DNA of 64,000 nucleotides from Eledone cirrhosa (lineage: Eukaryota): assembly GCA_964016885.1 (NCBI GenBank), contig OZ024742.1, positions 357,368,001 through 357,432,000 on the forward strand, given 5' to 3'. Below are positions 39,901 to 55,179 of this stretch, piece after piece; position 1 is the first letter of the stretch, and every line of letters begins with the position of its first letter. The translations under genes were made by a program, and so were the position numbers. The notes below the pieces were generated by a model. That model was not told the origin of the DNA. It saw only the letters and a program-made list of their open reading frames with translations, and did not search any database.

Positions 39901-42900
39901 TTTATATATAATATATACCTTGTCTTATTCATATATTATATATACCCTGTCTTATATACAATATATACCTGGCCTTATTTATATATAATATACACCTATC
40001 TTATTTATATATAACATACACCTTGTCTTATTCATATATAATATATGCCTTGTAATATATATATATAATATATACTTTGTATTATTCTTATTTAATATAT
40101 ACCTTGTCTTATATATAATATATTCCTTGTCTTATATATATATAATATATACATTGTCTTATTTATATATAATTTATACCTTGTCTTATTCATATATAAT
40201 ATATACCTTGTCTTATATACAATATATACCTAGCCTTATTTATATATAATATACACCTTGTCTTATTTATATATAATATATACCTTGTCTTATTCATATA
40301 TAATATATACCTTGTGTTATTTATAATAATATATAGCTAGTATTATTTATATATAATATATACCTTGTCTTATTCATATATAATATATACCTTGTCTTAT
40401 TCATATATAATATATACCTAGTCTTATTTATATATAATGTACACCTTGTCTTATTTATATAAAATATATACCTTGTCTTATTCATATATAATATATACCT
40501 GGTCTTATTTATATATAATATATACCTTGTCTTATATATAATATTTACCTTGTCTGATATATAATATATACCTTGTCTGATTCATATATAATATATACCT
40601 TGTCTTATTCAAATATAATATATACCTAGTTTTATTTATATATAATATACGCCTTGTCTTATTCATATATAATATATACCTTGTCTTATATACAATATAT
40701 ACCTAGCCTTATTTATATATAATATACACCTTGTCTTATTTATATATAATATATACCTTGTCTTATTCATATATAATATATACCCTGTCATATATATAAT
40801 ATATATACCTTGTCTTATTTATATATACTATATACCTTGTCTTATTCATATATAATATACACCTTGTCTTATTTATATATAATATATACCTGGTCTTATT
40901 TATATATAATATATACCTTGTGTTATTCATATATAATATATACCTAGTCCTGTTTATATATAATATATACCTGGTCTCATTTATATATAATATACACCTT
41001 GACTTATACATATATAATATATACCTGGTCTTATTTATATATAATATATACCTTTTCTTATATATAATATATACCTTGTCTTATATATAATATATATACC
41101 TTGTCTTATTTATATATAATATATACCTTATCTTATTCATATATAATATATACATTGTCTTATTTATATATAATATATGCCTTGTCTTATTTATATATAA
41201 TATATACCTTGTCTTATATATATATAATATATACCTTGTCTTATTTATATATAATATATACCTTGTCTTATTCATATATAATATATACCTTGTCTTATTC
41301 ATATATAATATATAACTTGTCTAATTTATATATAATGTACACCTTGTCTTATTCATATATAATATATACCTCGTCTTATTCATCTATAATATATACCTAG
41401 CCTTATATATAATATATACCTTGTCTTATATATAATATATATATCTTGTCTTATTTATATATAATATATACTTTGTCTCATTCCTATATAATATATGCCT
41501 TGTCTTATATATATATATAATATATACCTAGTCTTATTCTTATCTGATATATACCTTGTCTTATATATAATATATACCTTGTCTTATCTATATATAATAT
41601 ATACATTGTCTTATTTATTTATAATATATACCTTGTCTTATTCATATATAATATATACCTTGTCTTATTTATATATAATATATACCTTGTCTTATTTATA
41701 TATAATATATACCTTGTCTTATTCATATATGATATATACATTCTCTTATTTATTTATAATTTACACCTATTCTTATTTATATATACTAGATACCTTGTCT
41801 TATATATATATAATATATACCTTGTCAAATTTATATATAATATATACCTTGTCTTACATATAATATATACCTTGTCTTATATATAATATATACCTTGTCT
41901 TATATATAATATATACCTTGTCTTATTTATATATAATAAATATACATTGTCTTATTTATATATAATATATATCTTGTGTTATTCATTTATAATATATATC
42001 TAGTCCTATTTATATATAATATATACCTTGTCTCATTTATATATAATATACACCTAGTCTTATTTATATATAATATATACCTTGTTTTATTCATATATAA
42101 TATATACCATGTCTTATTCATATATAATATATACCTGGTGTTATTTATATATTATATATACCTTTTCTTATATATAATATATACCTTGTCTTATATATAA
42201 TATATATACCTTGTCCTATTCATATATAATATATACCTTGTCTTATTTATATATAATATATGCCTTGTCTTATTTATATATAATATATACATTGTCTTAT
42301 TTATATATATTATATACCTTGTCTTATTCATATATAAAATATAGCTTGTCTTATTCATATATAATATATACCTTGTCTTATTCATATATAATATATAACT
42401 TGTCTAATTTATATATAATATACACCTTGTCTTATATATATATAATATATACATGGTCTTATTTATATATAATATATACCTTTTCTTATATATAATATAT
42501 ACCTTGTCTTATAAATAATATATATACCTTGTCTTATTTATATATAATATATAACTTATCTAATTTATATATACTATATATAGCTTGTCTAATTCATATA
42601 TAATATATACCTTGTCTTCTTTATATATAATATAAAACTTGTCTTATATATAATATATATAAATTGTCTTATTTATATATAATATATACATTGTCTTATT
42701 CATATATAATATATACCTTGTCTTATATACAATATATACCTAGACTTATTTATATATAATATACACCTTGTCTTTTTCATATATAATATATACCTTTTCT
42801 TATTTATCTATAATATATACCTTGTCTTATTTATATATAAAATATACCTTGTCTTATTCATATATAATATATACCTTGTCTTATTTATATATAATATATA

Positions 42901-45900
42901 CCTCGTCTTATTTATTTATAATATATAGCTTGTCTTATTCATATATAATATATACCTTGTCTTATTTATATATAATATATACCTTGTCTTATATATATAT
43001 AATATATACCTTGTCTTATCTATATATAATATATACCTTGTCTTATTCATATATAATATATACCTTGTCTTATTCATATATAATATATACCTTGTCTTAT
43101 TTATATATAATATATACCTTGTCTTATTCATATATAAGATATACCTTGTCTTATTCATATATAATATATAACTTGTCTCATTTATATATAATGTACACCT
43201 GGTCTTATTCATATATAATATATACCTTGTCTCATTCATATATAATATATGCCTTGTCTTATATATAAATAATATATACCTAGTCTTATTCTTATTTAAT
43301 ATATACCTTGTCTTATATATAATATATACCTTGTCTTATTTATATATAATATATACCTTGTCTTATTCATATATAATATATACCGTGTCTTATTCATATA
43401 TAATATATACCTAGTCTTATTTATATATACTATATACCTTATCTTATCTATATATAATATATACCTTGTCTTATTTATATATAATATATACCTTGTCTTA
43501 TTCATATATAATATATACCTTGTCTTATTTATATATAATATATACCTTGTCTTATTTATATATAATATATACCTTTTCTTATATATAATATATACCTTGT
43601 CTTATATATAATATATATACCTTGTCTTATTCATATATAATATATACCTCGTCTTATTTATATATAATATATACCTTGTCTCATTCATATATAATATATA
43701 CCTTGTCTTATTCATATATAATATATACCTTGTCTTATTCATATATAATATATAGCTAGTCTCATTTATATATAATGTACACCTTGTCTTATTAATATAA
43801 AATATATACCTTGTCTTATTCATATATAATATATACCTGGTCCTATTTATATATAATATATACCTTGTCTTATATATAATATATACCTCGTCTTATATAT
43901 AATATATACTTTGTCTTATATATAATATATATATCTTGTCTTATTTATATATAATATACACCTTGTCTTATTCATATATAATATACACCTTGTCTTATAT
44001 ATATATAATATACACCTTGTCTTATTTATATATAATATATACCTAGTCTTATTTATATATAATATACACCTTGTCTTATTCATATATAATATATACCTTG
44101 TCTTATTTATATATAATATATACCTTGTCTTATTTCTATATAATATATGCCTTGTCTTATATATATATAATATATACCTTGTCAAATTTATATATAATAT
44201 ATACCTTGTCTTACATATAATATCTACCTTGTCTTATATATGATATATACCTTGTCATATATATAATATATACCTTGTCTTATTTATATATAATATATAT
44301 ACCTTGTCTTATTTATATATAATATATATACATTGTCTTATTTATATATAATATATACCTTGTGTTATTCATATATAATATATATCTAGTCCTATTTATA
44401 TATAATATATACCTGGTCTCACTTATATATAATATACACCTTGTCTTATTTATATATAATATATACCTTGTCTTATTCATATATAATATATACCTTGTCT
44501 TATTCATATATAATATATAACTTGTCTAATTTATATATAATATACACCTTGTCTTATACATATATAATATATACCTGGTCTTATTTATATATTATATATA
44601 CCTTTTCTTATATATAATATATACCTTGTCTTATATATAATATATATACCTTGTCTTATTCATATATAATATATACCTTGTCTTATTTATATATAATATA
44701 TGCCTTGTCTTATTCATATATAATATATACCTTGTCTTATTCATATATAATATATACCTTGTCTTATTCATATATAATATACAACTTGTCTAATTTATAT
44801 ATAATGTGCACCTTGTCTTATACATATATAATATATACCTGGTCTTATTTATATATAATATATAACTTGTCTAATTTATATATAATATATACCTTGTCTA
44901 ATTTATATATAATATATACCTTGTCTAATTTATATATAATATATACCTTGTCTTATTTATATATAATATAAAACTTGTCTTATATATATTATATATACAT
45001 TGTTTTATTTATATATAATATATACCTTGTCTTATTTATATATAATATATACCTTGTCTTATTCATATATAATATATATCTTGTCTTATTCATATATAAT
45101 ATATACCGTGTCACATTCATATATAATATATGCCTTGTCTTATATATATATAATATATACCTTGTCTTATTTTTATTTAATATATACCTGGTCTTATATA
45201 TAATATATACCTTGTCTTATATATATATAATATATACATTGTCTTATTTATATATAATATATACCTTGTGTTATTCATATATAATATATATCTAGTCCTA
45301 TTTATATATAATATATACCTGGTCTCACTTATATATAATATACACCTTGTCTTATTTATATATAATATATACCTTGTCTTATTCATATATAATATATACC
45401 TGGTCTTATTTATATATAATATATAACTTGTCTAATTTATATATAATATATACCTTGTCTAATTTATATATAATATATACCTTGTCTAATTTATATATAA
45501 TATATACCTTGTCTTATTTATATATAATATAAAACTTGTCTTATATATATTATATTTACATTGTTTTATTTATATATAATATATACCTTGTCTTATTTAT
45601 ATATAATATATACCTTGTCTTATTCATATATAATATATAACTTGTCTAATTTATATATAATATACACCTTGTCTTATACATATATAATATATACCTGGTC
45701 TTATTTATATATTATATATACCTTTTCTTATATATAATATATACCTTGTCTTATATATAATATATATACCTTGTCTTATTCATATATAATATATACCTTG
45801 TCTTATTTATATATAATATTTGCCTTGTCTTATTCATATATAATATATACCTTGTCTTATTCATATATAATATATACCTTGTCTTATTCATATATAATAT

Positions 45901-47293
45901 ATAACTTGTCTAATTTATATATAATGTACACCTTGTCTTATACATATATAATATATACCTGGTCTTATTTATATATAATATATAACTTGTCTAATTTATA
46001 TATAATATATACCTTGTCTAATTTATATATAATATATACCTTGTCTTATTTATATATAATATAAAACTTGTCTTATATATATTATATATACATTGTTTTA
46101 TTTATATATAATATATACCTTGTCTTATTTATATATAATATATACCTTGTCTTATTCATATATAATATATATCTTGTCTTATTCATATATAATATATACC
46201 TTGTCACATTCATATATAATATATGCCTTGTCTTATATACATATAATATATACCTTGTCTTATTTTTATTTAATATATACCTGGTCTTATATATAATATA
46301 TACCTTGTCTTATATATATATAATATATACATTGTCTTATTTATATATAATATATACCTTGTCTTATTCATATATAATATATACCTTGTCTTATATACAA
46401 TATATACCTAGTCTTATTTATATATAATATACACCTTGTCTTTTTTCATATATATTATATACCTTTTCTTATTTATCTATAATATATACCTTGTCTTATT
46501 TATATATAAAATATACCTTGTCTTATTCATATATAATATAAACCTTGTCTTATTTATATATAATAATACCTTGTCTTATTTATATATAATATATACCTTG
46601 TCTTATTCATATATAATAATACCTTGTCTTATTTATATATAATATATACCTTGTCTTATTCATATATAATATATACCTAGTCTTATTTATATATAATGTA
46701 CACCTTGTCTTATTCATATATAATATATCCCTTGTCTTATTCATATATAATATATACCTTGTCTTATTCATATATAATATATAACTTGTCTAATTTATAT
46801 ATAATGTACACCTTGTCTTATTCATATATAATATATACCTGGTCTTATGTATATATAATATATACCTTGTCTTATATATAATATATATACCTTGTCTTAT
46901 TTATATAAAATATATACCTTGTCTTATTCATATATAATATATATCTTGTCTTATTTATACATAATATACACCTTGTCTTATTCATATATAATATATACAT
47001 TGTCTTATTTATATATAATATATACCTTGTCTTATTTATATATAATATATGCCTTGTCTTATTTATATATAATATATACCTTGTCTTATATATATATAAT
47101 ATATACCTTGTCTTATATATATATAATATATACCTTGTCTTATTTATATATAATATATACCTTGTCTTATTCATATATAATATATACCTTGTCTTATATA
47201 TAATATATACCTTGTCTTATATATAGTATATACCTTGTTTTATTTATATATAATATATACCTTGTTTTATTCATATATAATATATACCTTGTC
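36942..47293. repeat. ~10.3 kb satellite; 27-bp unit TATATAATATATACCTTGTCTTATT(C/T)A with 23- and 25-bp variants
   Basis: Direct reading; 9-aa periodicity in the ORF track. Confidence 0.97.
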
Positions 47294-47659
47294 CTTGCTA
47301 GCCTGGAAGATAGACGTAAAACGACGATGATGGTGATGATAATATTGTTGTTGTTGTTATCTTATTCATATATTCTTATTTTGTTGTTAAAATGCCATCA
47401 TCATACAAATCTCTAAGGAGTCATGGTTACTTAATATGACTTTCAAATTTAAGTTACCTTTTTTTTTGTTCATGTGATTTTCGTTGATAAGAAGGCTGTA
47501 AGTATTGGTGATGATGCAGCAGATTATTTTGTACCAAGACAATACACTATTCTTTATAAAGTTCAGTATTACTAAGTTGTGGATATTGTAAAAGGTCACA
47601 CAATGCTAATTCTTTACTATTTGGAAACTTCACATGTATGTACAGTGACTTTGCTGTAT

Positions 47660-47935
47660 TACTAAGTCTCTGATGTCTGTCTCCAGCCTAGTGCTTATCC
47701 TGGTTTTTGTGACTTTAATTGACTGAGAGTACAAGACTTTCTATACAGGACGCCAGTCCATCACCCAGTTAAACCCCCAGCTATTGCTGATACTCATTTT
47801 CAGCAGACTATATACTGGAGCAATGTGAAATGATGTGTTTTGCTTGAAAACACAACACACAACCCAGTCTGGGAATCGAACCCACGACATTATGATCATA
47901 ATTCCAACAAATTTACCACTAGGCCACATGCCTCC
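47660..47935 (-). mobile_element. tRNA-derived SINE
   Basis: GGAGGCATGTGGCCTAGTGG, GGTTCGATTCC, head shared with 4957-5277. Confidence 0.8.
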
Positions 47936-48735
47936 ACATTACTATGTAGTGGTTATAGTAATACATTACACAATGCTATCATTTATTCTCTACAATTTGG
48001 AAACTAGAGATGTACATAGAATGGCATTGTTTCAGTAAATTCCACCTCATTATTATGTGAATCATTCTTGTTCTTTGAAATAAATTGATATAATAGAACT
48101 TGTCTAAAAGATGAAAGCCAGCCAAGCCAGTAATGTTTTTGACATCGAGGAAAGCGCCGTTAGAACGAGAAAAAACCTTTCATGTAATGTAGAGTGTCTA
48201 ACTGTGCATAGTATGCTATTTATTGAGAAAATTGTATCAGAAACTACTGCTTGTCTGACATTATCTATTTTGAAATCAAATTTAACAGCTTTCCTGAGAA
48301 TCGTATTGTATCCTTAAATGTAACTATTGGGACACCATATAATGTTTGTGACAACTCATTTATTAGAATAATTTTTCATATTCTTTCGTATCGAATCAAA
48401 TTGATTGACAAGATCCCAGACCTCGTTTGCTTGCTGAGTGGAAGGGAACTTGCTAAATCTAACCAGGGATTCCATTATTCTTTCCATTGCTGATACTGTC
48501 TGCTACTCACAACTCCTAGCAGAAAGAGCAATGTAAAATAAGGTGTTCTGCTGAAGGACATAATGAATCACCCAGGCAAGGAATTAAACTCACAACTTCA
48601 CAATTGTGAATCCTTTTCCCTAACCACTGACCCACATGCGTTACATTATTTTTTCAACAATCCCAGTAGATGTGGAAATATTGAATAGCAGCATACAGAT
48701 TTGATCTAGATACATTATGACAGTTTCAAAATTTA

Positions 48736-48920
48736 CAAGGGTAGGTTGACCAAGATACTCTCATGCAATGACCGAATGAAGTTTATTTTTCAACATAGTC
48801 CCTGAAAAAAAAAAACAATGCAATTATTAATAAGAAGAGTTGAAATTAATACATGCAAGATTTCACAGCTTTATATTCACTCCTTCATATTCAGCCCATG
48901 AACTTTTCAGCTGACCCTTG
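48736..48920. mobile_element. Tc1/mariner-type MITE
   Basis: TA|CAAGGGT...ACCCTTG|TA. Confidence 0.65.
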
Positions 48921-50016
48921 TATATTTGGATATGATATGGCAATATCATATTTGGGTATGATATTGCCATAGGAAAGTGTGAGAATTCATCAATGGATAT
49001 GAAGAGGTACGTGCAACATAACGGAAACCTTAGCAGATGTCCCTTTAAAATTAACACAAGGTATTTTGTGTATCCTTAATCAGAATGACTTCTAGTGGGC
49101 AAAAGAGTTGAGGGTTAAGTTTATCATACTGCTGACAACACGAACACCATCATCACCATTTAACGTCTATTTTTCCACACTAGCATGGGTTAGATTTAAT
49201 GTAATCAGTTGAGAAAGAGATATTTTGATCACACAAAATAAAGTGTTCTTGTTATTACTGGCTGACCCACAACTTTATGTATAATGTAGAAAATGATATG
49301 TTTAACCTTCTTGGCATTTTCTTTATCCTAATATTTCAGGACTTAAAAATTCCTTCTTCAGAGTATGGGGAAATCTCAGGGCAAAATGTTTCCATCTTAT
49401 CACTTTGAAAATTGATTTAAACCTTTATTTGGATGGTAAAAATAACTGTCATTTCTAGAATGTTAAAATAATAGTGTAAGATACAATTACAGGCTCAACA
49501 CGCCATTCTTGTATCTTGTTCTTAATATTTGTATATGCTCTGTTATGAAACATAAAGGCAACAGACCAAATGTTATTGATGTAAAATGTTATCCAACAAT
49601 TAAATTATTCCACTTCTGAACACTCTTCATATTCATGGTGGTTTCTTTCTCTTTTGGTGGATAGGATAAATTGCTACTAGATATAAATACAACATGCTCG
49701 TCTACTTCATTACAAATAGCTGAAACTCCAATAGCAGATGCATCACATTCAACAACAAAAGGTTAAATTTAATTGATAGCTCCTACGGTGACATTCATTT
49801 ATTGAAAAATTAAAGACATTTTCATTTAGAGGAAAAGATTGTGTTTCTGCTAAGGTTTCCATTTAATCTGGAAAATTATGAATCTATTTTGAATAATATT
49901 CAAATTCAACATGCCTGAAGGTCTGTGAATTAATGTAAGATCTGATGGAATTAACAGCTCTTGCAAAATATTTTATCTATCAGGATCAAGATGAATAAAA
50001 CTACTCCTAATACAAT

Positions 50017-51666
50017 CAGACTCAGACTCAGAAGCTCCCGCGTCTTGCGACGCATGAGGCAATCATAGTGTTCCACCGCGTTTGGTCAGCAGCCAGTTGC
50101 ACAGCGCGCCGCCATTGTCTGTTTGTTGCTTGCAGGTCCCTCTCAACTGTCTGGCACCAGTTTATTTTGGATCGCCCTCTCCGTCTGCTTCCCTGTACTT
50201 AAGTACTTGGTTCGCCAGTCTCTCCGGGGGAAATCTCAAAGCGTGCCCAAACCAGCCCAGGCGTCACTTTCAGATGGCAGAAGAGACCAGCTGCTGGTTG
50301 GTGCAGTTCCTGACTTCCTGGTTTGTTACATGGTCACTCCATTTAATCCCCAGGATCTTTCGCAGACACCTGGAATCGAATGCGTCCAACTTCTCTTGGC
50401 TGGTCTTAAGATGCCATGTTTCACTTCCGTACAAGAGTATGGACAGCACGTTGCTGTTGTAGAATCTCATCTTTGTTTTGAGGGTGAACTTCCTGCTCTT
50501 CCAGATCTTGACAAGCTGGTTAAATGCTGCTGAAGCCTTTCCCATTCCACATTGCAATTCACTGTCCATGGCGCCCCCCATTGTCAATGGAGCTTCCTAG
50601 GTAGGTGAAGTTGTCCACTATCTCCCCCTCCCCCTGTAAAATGAAAACACTAGTTGGTGATGGGTGTGTCCCAGATAACATGCTTTTGGTCTTCTTAGCA
50701 CTGATATTGAGACCTAAGCTTCCTGCTTCGACATTGATATTGTTCATAATGATTTGCAGGCCAGCTGTGCTCTCTGCAAGTGCAACAATATCGTCCGCAA
50801 AGTCCAGGTCAGACAACTTTTGCTCTCCCACCCAAGATATACCCTGGTCTTAGACGCTCTTCTTAGTACCCAGTCAATGGCTATGGTAAAGAGAATTGGA
50901 GAGAGCGAGCAACCTTGACGCACACCAGTAACCACCTCAAACCAGCACTTGGAGTTTGAGTAAATTTGTTTGATTGTCGAAATGACTTTCTGGGGCAGAC
51001 CATACTCATGCATCATGCTCCAGAGTGACGGTCGATGAATGCTATCGAATGCCTTGGAGAAATCGATGAAGCTGACGGCGAGGGGCCTCTGCAATTCGTT
51101 GTACCTCTCAATGATGCGGCGTAACGTAAAAATCTGCTCTGCACAGGAACGTTTTGGTCGGAACCCTGCCTGTTGTTCTCGCAGTTCCCGGTCCACCATG
51201 CTACGTATGCGGTTCAGGATCATCAGACAATAGACCTTCCCTGGTATGGAGAGAAGTGTCACCCCCCTCCAGTTGTCACAATCGGCAAGGTTGCCCTTCT
51301 TGGGGATACAGACAACCGCTCCGTTTCTCCAATCTTCTGGGACTTCACCCGTGTTCCACACAAGTTTACATAAGTGGCCCATCCACTTGACCATGCTTTC
51401 GCCTCCTGACTTCAGCATTTCAGCAGAAATGCCATCCATAACTGGTGACTTGTTATTCTTAAGGGTTTTGATGGCCATGCGGACTTCCTTCTCGGTGAAG
51501 CCATCAGTATTGATAGGCAACAAACTAATAGGTTCCTTAGTGTCTGCTGGCACACGTGGCTCCGGTCGGTTGAGGACTTCCTTGAAATGTTCAGCCCATC
51601 TGACTAACTTTTCTTCACCCTTGGAAAGCAGCGTGCCATCTTTCGCTTTCACCAGGCCTGAGTTAG
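50017..51666 (-). mobile_element. 5'-truncated RTE LINE with 10 bp TSD and (TCTGAG)n tail
   Basis: RT motifs NWRGVTLLS, FIDFSKAFD, GVRQG, FADD; CTAATACAAT at 50007-50016 and 51667-51676. Confidence 0.93.
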
Positions 51667-52194
51667 CTAATACAATAAGGCAGGTATATTGATATCATAT
51701 TTTAAGATTTTATATGTGTTTATGGAATTATTCACATTAGAATCATGTTTAGATTTGTTAATTTCTACAATTGTCATATAATCAAGATAGCTGATGATGT
51801 CTCATTGGTTCTCTTCATCTACAAATTTTTTGATAGGGCTTTAGATCCAGAAACACAAATAGGAATATGTCAAAGTCAGTAGCCCCGCCATCTAATGCAG
51901 TGCACCTTTTAACTGACACTAGCCATGATGTTTGGCTATATGCAATATTAAGTTCGAAGGAAAAAAATGTTTATGCAGAAAGCTTACTAATTCTATAATT
52001 ATGTCATAATTATAATCAATCTCTGAAATTGGGTATGAACTGGGGTTAAATTCATCCTGTTTTACTACTGCTTGTGAACTTGCGTATGCCAAGGTAACAA
52101 ATTCGGGTCAATTGTATCCTCCAATTACAGATTATAAACCACTCTATCAATACATTATCTTCTCTCTTTGCCAACTTATTCCTGAGAGGGTCAT

Positions 52195-52410
52195 GGTGTC
52201 AGAGTCCTCAACCACTCCTTCCAGTGGGTTCTGTCAGAAGCAACAATCTCCAACTAATCCAGCTGGATCCCCAAGCAAGACCAGCCAAGCTCATGGATGT
52301 TATCCAACTATCTTTCTTGGAATCTACACCTGGGACTCCTGCCGATTGGTTTTGCCCATAAAATCTGTCCAGCAATTCTTTCCTGAGACATTCTAACCAC
52401 ATGACCACAG
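52195..52410 (-). mobile_element. Old RTE 3' fragment
   Basis: Homologous to about 53705-53870. Confidence 0.6.
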
Positions 52411-53554
52411 TATCTATTGGCAATTGGAATAAATTATCTGACAAATTAATTATATTTTCTTCATTTTAAAATTAATCATGAAAAAATAGTGGAGTTTCAT
52501 CAGGTCTGTGAAAAACTGTACAATGATCTTTAGGATTTACTATAAGATCTGATGAGAAGACATCATATTCAGTAGTGACACAGTTATACTGCTACTGAAA
52601 ATGTTGAGGAAGAATTACATTGCTTTTCATAACTTCGAGGTTGATACAAAAGTATCAGCCCAGTACTTGGATCGATTCTACCTTTATATCTATTTATACC
52701 TTCTTCTCATTCTCCTTTTACTCTCTCACCTCTTCATGGAAAGAAATCAGCAGTGTTCATACCTGAAAAGGGAGCTGCTTCGCTAGATTTTGAATGTTAT
52801 GTGTCATGGCATCACTATGACTATCAGTAGAAATGGATTTATACATACATATGTTTTTAAAATTACTAAGGTTTTTAGAAGGATAATGTGTCCCTTTCTG
52901 TTGAATTATTATTAGTTTTAGCTTTTAGATCAGTTTAAGCCATACATATATTACATATAGTTGGTCGACAGATGTTATGTATATCTGGTTGTGGAGGAAT
53001 AGAATTTGTTTTACTGCATCACAGCTTACAAAACTGTTAAATCTAACAGTGTCAACAAGTGCAGAAAGGGAATGATTGTTTACAATCACCTTTTCTACCT
53101 CCACACAGGATAATCTTTGGAGTAGTGTAGTAGCATTAAGTACACTAAATATAGGTGCAAAACTAGCAGTTGTAGTTTATCTTTCATTTTGATTTTTATC
53201 GTTGATAAGTGTACCTTGGAAAAACAAACTTTAAACCACAACTTTATACTACAACCTATACTTCCTTAGATTTTGATTATTTAAGGTGCTAATACCACTG
53301 TCACTATCATCATCATCAATACTTATAAACAATATGAAACACTACAACAGCACCACTACCAACCACCATGACCATAATACAATATTTCTTATTTAGATTT
53401 AGATGATTGAGTCATAGCAATTGTAGGTGCTGATGATTTAACATTTGGTAGTAGTAAGGGAGGTGAGACTTGGTATATATACTTCACTGTTTTTCTAAAG
53501 GAAGCCTAAGATACTTAGCATTATTACATACTACACATATACTGAGATTAGCAT

Positions 53555-53875
53555 TGTGTAAAAAAATCCAACTGGCCCAAATGGGGTTCCTTCAAAGGGT
53601 CTTTGGAATAACATTACTCAGTAAAATGTGTAGCTCAGAGATTAGAAAGTCGCTCCAGGTAGAGCTCCTACTTCTCCAAATTGTGAGATCAGAAATATAA
53701 TACTATGGACATGTGATTAGAATGTCTCAGGAAAGAATTGCTGGCCAGATTTTATTGGCAAAGTGAACTGGCAGGAGACTGAGGGATTGACACTGAGTAA
53801 GATGGTTGGATAACATCCATGGCTGGATTTAGACTCTGGGGGTCCCGAGACACTTCGGGGTTTGGGAATTCCTTC
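53555..53875 (+). mobile_element. Old RTE (Rex3/Expander-like) 3' fragment
   Basis: IQLAQMGFLQRVFG...SSEIRKSLQVE...YYGHVIRM. Confidence 0.7.
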
Positions 53876-54149
53876 ATAGACAAAAAGTGAGAATACACAG
53901 CAAACCCCCAGTTTTACATATCAAAGTAAGTTGCCTTGGCACAAGTAATTGGAATTGAAAAGTTATACATACAATTATTCGATTCAAACATTCTAACCAT
54001 CCTAAAACTAAAAATCCTAGCTAGTGCCCCACCCACCCACCCAACCACCCACTGCAGAGAGCCCAATGTAATTGCCCACTTTGGCCCCATTGAATCCAGC
54101 CCTGATAACATATATGAGCTCAGCTGTTGTCTCTGTATTGCTTTTGAGA

Positions 54150-55120
54150 CAGGTATCCACGCAGTGTTCTAATTGCATGTTCAGTCCTTCTTTGCGGATA
54201 GTTCTGCAGATAACTGTGGTTATGCCTTCGCTGAGATGTGGTAATTTCATGAAGCAGGTGTTAAAGGTCTTATGTTTGCGGCGCCTTCGATTCTCAAGTC
54301 GATTCACTGTGGATGTTGGGTAACCGTTTGGCTTTGGTACATCTATGATGGGTGCAATGTAAGTGAACTAGTCATCTGTCTTGCTATATTTTTTCTGTTC
54401 ATTTCTTATGTATGCGGTTTTAGCACCAAGGGGAAGGGCTGATCTATAATGTACAAAGAGATCTCTGCTGGCAGCTTTCTTATAGAAGTTGGTGTATATA
54501 GTACCTTCATCTGTTACTCTAAGCTGGAGTCCAACAGAGACAAGGAACCATTTTTATTGGGGTGTTCTGTGCTAAATCATATGTTGTTATCTATGTTTGA
54601 AATTGCTATAGATACTATGTAGCCCCTTCACAGGATAATGTGAGGATGAGTATATGATCTATGTATTGAGTGAAGAAAACACAGGAGTGGTAGGTGTTGA
54701 GCGCTCGACATTCCAATTGGTTTATGTATGTGATGGCTAGAAGGCCTGAAAGACTGGACCCCATGGGTAGGCCTGTTGTTTGTATGTGTGGTAGTGGAAA
54801 GTGAAATATGTATTTTTTACAATGACGGATAGAAGCTGATATATGTCTTGTAGAGTGAAGCCAAAGCAATATAGGTTGTATAAAATAACGCTGTCAGTCA
54901 CTAGGTTGACCGATGGATGAGCAGGTACTGTCATGTAGAGGGAGACAACGTCGAGGCTAAAGCCATATCTGTTGAGTTTAAGTTGGTTAGGTTGTAGTTG
55001 ATGTAGTCTTTGTATGAGTTCGTCGGAGCTGCTGACATGTCCAGGAAAAGTAGCAAGCGTTGGCTTGACAATCTGTGAGAGGAACCAAGAGATTTTATAG
55101 AGGGGTGCTTCTGGTCTAAT
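54150..55120 (-). pseudogene. Decayed Penelope RT fragment
   Basis: SLDVVSLY, GLPMGSSLSGLLA, YIDHIL, LPHLSE. Confidence 0.8.
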
Positions 55121-55139
55121 CTGTAGGTTTATACATGTA

Positions 55140-55176
<37 letters not shown>

Positions 55177-55179
<3 letters not shown>

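Larger units (their letters stand above)
47995..52185 (-). pseudogene. Highly decayed Ty3/Gypsy pol (RT-RNase H-integrase), split by later insertions
   Basis: Manual translation: PWHTQV, YPISEID, ISYLDYMTI (RT); PFVVECDAS...YPPKEKE...SVAFM...IQEWR (RNase H); LKGHL...IDEFSHFP, ILCT...LHERFF (integrase). Confidence 0.8.

Noticed and set aside
36917-47203. ORFs with 9-aa repeats, and a CRISPR-like appearance
   Set aside because: Tandem satellite without unique spacers; no cas genes; eukaryotic context
52545-52600. CTGATGA as a hammerhead (also at about 51791, 53430 and 61708)
   Set aside because: No stem II plus GAAA or closing stem I; these are Gypsy, unique or (ATG)n tail sequence
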